Below, one piece after another: positions 21,593 to 26,196 of a stretch of DNA of 26,196 nucleotides. The notes beneath the pieces were generated by a model. The model was not told the origin of the DNA. It made no database searches and was given only the letters and a program-made list of their open reading frames with translations. The DNA is from a virus. Taxonomy: Duplodnaviria; Heunggongvirae; Uroviricota; Caudoviricetes. The stretch is from positions 1 through 26,196 of the IMG/VR virus record IMGVR_UViG_2874945390_000006; one strand, written 5' to 3'. A program made the position numbers and the translations under genes. Positions within the stretch are counted from its first letter, which is position 1; each line of letters opens with the position of its first letter.

Positions 21593-23157
21593 ATGTTGCG
21601 TAAGCAACAGAGTCGGCTTCGACAGTATGCCTGTCAGGTCGCGGGCTATGAGCAGGAAATTGAACGGCTGAAAGCGCAACTCGACAGGTTGCGTCGTATG
21701 TTGTTCGGCCAGAGTTCAGAGAAAAAGCGTCATAAGCTTGAAAATCAGATCCGACAGGCAGAAAAACGACTGTCGGAACTGGAAAACCGGCTGAACACAG
21801 CCAGAAATCTTCTGGAAGATGCATCGTCAGTCACAGATTCACCTGACACCAGTCCCCCGTCAGAAAACCCGATCGCCAGTAAGCCTGAATCCCCGGGACG
21901 AAAATCTTCACGAAAACCGCTGCCGGCAGAACTTCCCCGGGAGACACATCGCCTTCTGCCTGCTGAAACCAGTTGCCCGGCCTGTGGAGGTGTTCTGAAA
22001 GAAATGGGGGAAACAATCTCAGAGCAACTGGATATCATTAATACCGCCTTTAAAGTTATCGAAACCATACGTCCCAAACTGGCCTGTAGCCGGTGTGATG
22101 TCATCGTTCAGGCACCACTTCCCCCTAAACCGATCGAACGCGGTTATGCCAGTGCAGGGTTACTTGCACGGATCCTGGTCAGCAAATATATGGAACATAT
22201 CCCTTTATATCGCCAGTCAGAAATATACGCGCGACAGGGCGTGGAGCTGAGCCGTAATACCATGGTGCGCTGGGTATCAGAAATGGCAGACAAACTCCGT
22301 CCTCTGTATATAGCGCTGAATGACTATGTTCTTGAGGCAGGAAAGGTGCACGCAGATGGCACTCCGGTGAAAGTACTGGCCCCGGGGAACGGAAAGACGA
22401 AAACGGGTCGTCTGTGGGTATACGTCAGGGATGATCGTAATGCGGGTTCATCCCTGCCGGCAGCCGTCTGGTTCGCGTATTCGGCAGATCGCAAAGGAGA
22501 ACATCCGCAGCTCCACCTGGCAAAGTATCAGGGCGTACTGCACTGCAGGCTGATGCCTATGCAGGTTATAACGTACTGTACGAAACGGGCCGGGTGAAGG
22601 AAGCCGGGTGCCTGGCCCACGCCCGCCGAAAAATCCATGACGAGGATGTGCGCCGTCCGACAGAAATGACTCAGGAAGCGCTCAGACGGATAGCAGAGTT
22701 ATACGACATAGAAGCGGAGATACGTGGCAGTCCGGCAGAGGAACGGCTTGCAGTCAGAAAAGCCAGAAGCGTCCAGTTGATGCAGTCGTTGTACGACTGG
22801 ATACAGTTGCAGAGGAAAACGCTGTCGAAACATGCGGAGATGGCGAAGGCGTTCGACTATATCCTGAATCACTGGAATGCGCTGAACGAGTTCTGTCGTG
22901 ACGGCTGGGTGGAAATAGACAACAACATCGGTGAAAACGCGTTACGATCGGTGGCGGTTGGAAGAAAAAATTATCTCTTTTTCGGCTCAGACAAGGGAGG
23001 AGAAAGTGCGGCGATCATCTACAGTCTGCTGGTCACCTGCAAACAGAACGAAGTGGAGCCGGAGGACTGGTTGCGCGAAGTGATCGAGAAGCTCAATGAC
23101 TGGCCGTCGAACCAAGTGCATGAACTGCTGCCCTGGAACTTCTCGTCTGTAAAATAA
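21593..23157 (+). pseudogene. IS66-family transposase TnpC (Orf3), disrupted by a 5-bp tandem duplication (CTGCA CTGCA at 22538-22547)
   Basis: Track ORFs 21593-22597 and 22594-23157 are two halves of one transposase (…CPACGG…HADGTPV…[12 protein letters not shown]… then …[13 protein letters not shown]…[13 protein letters not shown]…). Deleting 5 nt restores the conserved [32 protein letters not shown] stretch. Confidence 0.8.
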
Positions 23158-23189
23158 TCCTTACGCTACGTACTTCTCGGGGCGCTTAC

Positions 23190-23795
23190 ATTGGTACGAC
23201 GAATGCGTTAGGTGGAAGTTCAATCGTTTTAGGAGATAACGATACCGGGTTTAAACAAAATGGCGATGGTCTGCTTGATGTTTATGCGAATGGACAGCAT
23301 GTATTTCGTTTTCAGAATGGCGTGGCTATTGCTTTTAAGAATATTCAGGCCGGAACTGCCAGAAAATTCACGTTATCCAGCGCCAACAACTCCACGAAAA
23401 ATGCAGCGTTTTGTTTGTGGGGTAATCCATCCAGGCCTGTTGTTGCAGAGCTTGGTGATGATTCAGGCTGGCATTTTTTCAGCCAGAGAAACCCGGATAA
23501 CAGCATAGTGTTCACTGTTAACGGACAGGTAATTCCGTTAAATTACGGAAACTTCGATGCCCGCTATAAATATCGAACAGAGGGGGTACAGGATGTACGG
23601 TATGGCCATGAAATGTATTACAGCCCCGGCAGTAACACCGTTTCGTGGAGATTTTGCGCACCTTCGGGACACGGGCTGTCAGGGATGGCGATATCGGATA
23701 CCGGCCGTAACTCAGCGGATAACGTTGACGGTGTGTATTACCGACCACTGCAAAAACTGATTAATGGCACCTGGTATAACGTAGCGAGTATTTAA
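23190..23795 (+). pseudogene. 3' fragment of a side tail fibre gene (receptor-binding C-terminal region), 5' end lost at the IS66-family right end
   Basis: Frame is open from the IS boundary with no upstream start in phage sequence; ends ...YYRPLQKLINGTWYNVASI, resembling the C-terminus of lambdoid Stf proteins; a tail fibre assembly gene follows 3 bp later. Confidence 0.6.
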
Positions 23796-23797
23796 CA

Positions 23798-24220
23798 ATG
23801 TTGCATTTAAAAAATATTACTGCGGGTAATCCGAAAACAGCAGAACAATATCAGATGACAAAACGATATTCGGTCACCTGGCTTTTTTCAGAAGACGGAA
23901 AAAACTGGTATGAAGAGCTGAAGAATTTCGCCAGCGACACAATAAAAATAGCTTACACCGGAGATGGTCGCGTGGTGTGGGTCGGTAAGGATGTGACAGG
24001 CATCGAGCCACGCAATGCCAGCGTTATCGAAGTTCCGGATATTACCGCTAACCGACGGATTACCGCGCCGGGTTACTGGTTTTACCGCAATGATGAATTT
24101 GTCTTTGACTACAGACTCAAAGCGGAAGATGAGCGTGATGCCCTTCTGGCTCAGGTCAGTGCCCGGACAGGGGAATGGGAAGAAGACCTGCTGCTGGGGT
24201 TAATCAGCGAGAAAAGCTGA
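23798..24220 (+). CDS. Tail fibre assembly protein, Mu U-like N-terminus; C-terminus atypical
   Basis: N-terminus MLHLKNITAGNPKTAEQYQMTKRYSVTWLFSEDGKNWYEE...VIEVPDITANRR matches the Mu U/Tfa family; starts 3 bp after the fibre fragment stop. Confidence 0.65.
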   Translation: MLHLKNITAGNPKTAEQYQMTKRYSVTWLFSEDGKNWYEELKNFASDTIKIAYTGDGRVVWVGKDVTGIEPRNASVIEVPDITANRRITAPGYWFYRNDEFVFDYRLKAEDERDALLAQVSARTGEWEEDLLLGLISEKS

Positions 24221-24356
24221 AAGCCTGTCGTATTTACGCGAAATCACTGCAGGCGATGGATTTCAGCACCATCACTGATAAATCCTCATACAACGCCATT
24301 GAATGGTCCGTCTCTCCGGAAGGTTCTTCCTGATTTAATTTATCGCGAGAAAAACT

Positions 24357-25622
24357 ATGTCTGTAGTGATATCAGGTGCGCTGACTGATGGCGCAGGTAT
24401 CCCCATGTCCGGATACCATATTATTCTGAAATCCCGGGTAAACACCCCGGAAGTGGTGATGCACACTGTTGCTGATGTGATGACAGGAAACGATGGTGAA
24501 TACTGTTTCCATGCGCGGACTGGAAAATATGGTGTGTATCTGAAACAGGACTGGCGCAACGAGTACTGTGTTGGCGACATTGCTGTATACGACGACTCAA
24601 AGCCCGGCACGCTGAATGACTTTCTGATTGCTCCTGATGAGGGCGACCTGAAACCGGATGTCGTCAAACGCTTTGAGGAAATGGTGGCGCAGGCGCAGCA
24701 GAGCGCCGGGGCCGCAGCCGGAAACGCACGGCAGACGGCGCAGGATGTGGCGGCAGCCGCAGGTTATGCCCGCGCAGCAGAACAGGCCAAAAATGACATT
24801 GATGCTGCGCTGACCGGCACTCTGAAAACGGCTAACCATCTGTCTGAAATCGCAGCAGCAGGCGAAAAGGCACAACAGAAGTCCCGGGATAGTCTGGGGC
24901 TGAAAAGTGCAGCCACGATGGAAGCACAGAGCGACATTTACGACCGGACAAAAGGCCGTCTGGCGATACCCGGCGCATTCGGCTTTGGGCGTGCTTTTCT
25001 GTATGAAGATGTTATCCGTTTTGACGCTAAGGATGATTTCCTGGCCTGGGTAAGGAATGCGCTGCCAGGTGAATATTCCGTTGCTGCCCCCTACGACATC
25101 ATCATACCCGACGCACTGTTTGAAGGGGGGCTCAGCATCCGGTGGACTGATGCACGCCCTGAGACAAGGGAACCGCGGCGCAGAGCCAAATCCCTTACTT
25201 TTTACGGCATTAACGGCCCCATTTATCACGCCCGCTACCGGCTCTTATCTGGATTTCTGACTGACTGGGTGAAAATAAATATAACCACAGAAGATATTAT
25301 TTACAGAATCGTGGCGAGCTCTGTCCGCAACAGATGGGGAGACCCTGACATTGGCGGGCTGATTATTGCTGCGTACCAGGGAGAAGCTGACGGTGATAAA
25401 GACATCAGACTTGTCAGGGGGCGGTCATACAGAGGCTCACGACTGGGACCGGTGGGGATTTCAGCGCCCTGTACTCCCACCGGAACGCATATAGTATACC
25501 CACAATATTTCATTACGGGATGTTCAGAGCATTCATTACCGGGGTCATATTGCGCCCTGTCCGGGGTGCCGGATACATATGTCTCTGGCGCAATGCTTGG
25601 GCTTTTTATTCGCACATCGTGA
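24357..25622 (+). CDS. Side tail fibre protein with prophage tail-fibre N-terminal domain
   Basis: 421 aa; N-terminus MSVVISGALTDGAGIPMSGYHIILKSRVNTPEVV...VYDDSKPGTLNDFLIAPDEGDLKPDVV parallels the conserved N-terminal domain of E. coli prophage Stf proteins, followed by an Ala/Gln-rich coiled region and a distinct C-terminal domain. Confidence 0.65.
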   Translation: MSVVISGALTDGAGIPMSGYHIILKSRVNTPEVVMHTVADVMTGNDGEYCFHARTGKYGVYLKQDWRNEYCVGDIAVYDDSKPGTLNDFLIAPDEGDLKPDVVKRFEEMVAQAQQSAGAAAGNARQTAQDVAAAAGYARAAEQAKNDIDAALTGTLKTANHLSEIAAAGEKAQQKSRDSLGLKSAATMEAQSDIYDRTKGRLAIPGAFGFGRAFLYEDVIRFDAKDDFLAWVRNALPGEYSVAAPYDIIIPDALFEGGLSIRWTDARPETREPRRRAKSLTFYGINGPIYHARYRLLSGFLTDWVKINITTEDIIYRIVASSVRNRWGDPDIGGLIIAAYQGEADGDKDIRLVRGRSYRGSRLGPVGISAPCTPTGTHIVYPQYFITGCSEHSLPGSYCALSGVPDTYVSGAMLGLFIRTS

Positions 25623-25632
25623 GGAATGCACC

Positions 25633-26196
25633 GTGGAAATTAAAAAAATCATTAATCCCCGTTATACCGAAAGTGGCGCAGTAGACTGTGACGTTTTTTT
25701 TGACGACAGGGACCAGGCAGTCCCCTACACAGCCACCGCTGATGATGTCGCTTCGACGGGTCAGCAAATCTGGCAGGAACTGCAAAGCGGCAAATGGGGT
25801 GAGATAGCCCCATTCACTGTGACACCAGAAATGCTGGAAGCGGCCAGAGAGGCCAGACGTCAGGGAATTGAAGCATGGCGCACAGAACAGGAGGCGAAGC
25901 CGTTCACGTTTGAATGGAACGGTCGTATCTGGAATGCTGGCCCCAACTCACTGGGCCGCCTTTATCCGGTGGTAATGGCTGCGAAATCCGACATTGTACG
26001 GGACGTGATGACGTGGGGTGATGCCGATAATCAGCAGGTGAAACTGTCGATGCCGGAACTGGAAGAACTGGCGGCAGCAATGGCTCAGGCACAGGTTGAG
26101 CGCAATGACGAGATTTATCGCCGTCAGCGGGAGCTGAAGGAAGAGCTGAATAGTCTGAAGGATTTGAATTCGGTTAGGAATTTTATCGTGGAATAA
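25633..26196 (+). CDS. Putative tail fibre assembly/chaperone protein
   Basis: 188 aa from GTG 25633 (RBS GAGGAA 7 nt upstream); the track ORF starts earlier at 25579 and overlaps the fibre gene. Assigned by position directly downstream of the fibre gene; stop TAA at the last three bases of the window. Confidence 0.4.
   Translation: MEIKKIINPRYTESGAVDCDVFFDDRDQAVPYTATADDVASTGQQIWQELQSGKWGEIAPFTVTPEMLEAAREARRQGIEAWRTEQEAKPFTFEWNGRIWNAGPNSLGRLYPVVMAAKSDIVRDVMTWGDADNQQVKLSMPELEELAAAMAQAQVERNDEIYRRQRELKEELNSLKDLNSVRNFIVE

Larger units (their letters stand above)
20431..23189 (+). mobile_element. IS66-family insertion sequence (about 2.76 kb) with frameshifted transposase
   Basis: Termini GTAAGCGCCCC... 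and ...GGGGCGCTTAC (inverted repeats); three-gene organisation tnpA-tnpB-tnpC with an ATGA overlap between tnpA and tnpB. No 8-bp target duplication (GGACAAGA versus ATTGGTAC). Confidence 0.8.

Noticed and set aside
19980-23795. The idea that the IS66-family element simply inserted into one continuous gene (flanks are in the same codon phase)
   Set aside because: There is no 8-bp target duplication, and the upstream part sits where baseplate genes are expected while the downstream part is a tail-fibre C-terminus; phase agreement has a one-in-three chance of being coincidence.
24221-24356. Possible Gin/Pin/Hin-type 26-bp crossover site at the tail-fibre junction (TTCCTGATTTAATTTATCGCGAGAAAAAC)
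   Set aside because: Only a one-sided resemblance (TTCCTG, TTATC); no dyad-symmetric AAACC-NN-GGTTT core, and no invertase gene within the window.

Overview
This window reads as an IS-riddled, mosaic, defective prophage of Escherichia/Shigella type. All calls rest on reading the ORF translations and junction sequences by eye; no searches were run. Left to right: a phage tyrosine integrase (minus strand, stop codon at bases 1-3) whose 5' end abuts IS911 (848-2103); a lambdoid replication module on the minus strand (DnaC-like helicase loader 2213-2959 and a DUF1376/YdaU-like initiator 2966-4165); IS600 copy 1 (4210-5473); an 11.3-kb head and contractile-tail module on the plus strand (5'-truncated large terminase, portal, Mu F-like head morphogenesis protein, putative scaffold/protease, decoration-like protein, major capsid, connector/neck proteins, sheath, tube, chaperone); a tape measure gene split by IS600 copy 2 (16780-18043, inverted relative to copy 1, intact 3-bp CTG target duplication); one truncated post-tape-measure gene; an IS66-family element (20431-23189) whose transposase carries a 5-bp tandem duplication frameshift; then a lambdoid-type tail fibre block (3' fragment of a fibre gene plus Mu U-like assembly gene, followed by a complete side tail fibre and chaperone). 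Three of the four IS copies lack target-site duplications and each sits where a phage gene is truncated, pointing to IS-associated deletions. A T7 homopolymer frameshift interrupts a neck/tail gene. I found no convincing novel defence or other accessory system; the interesting biology here is the decay and mosaicism of the prophage.
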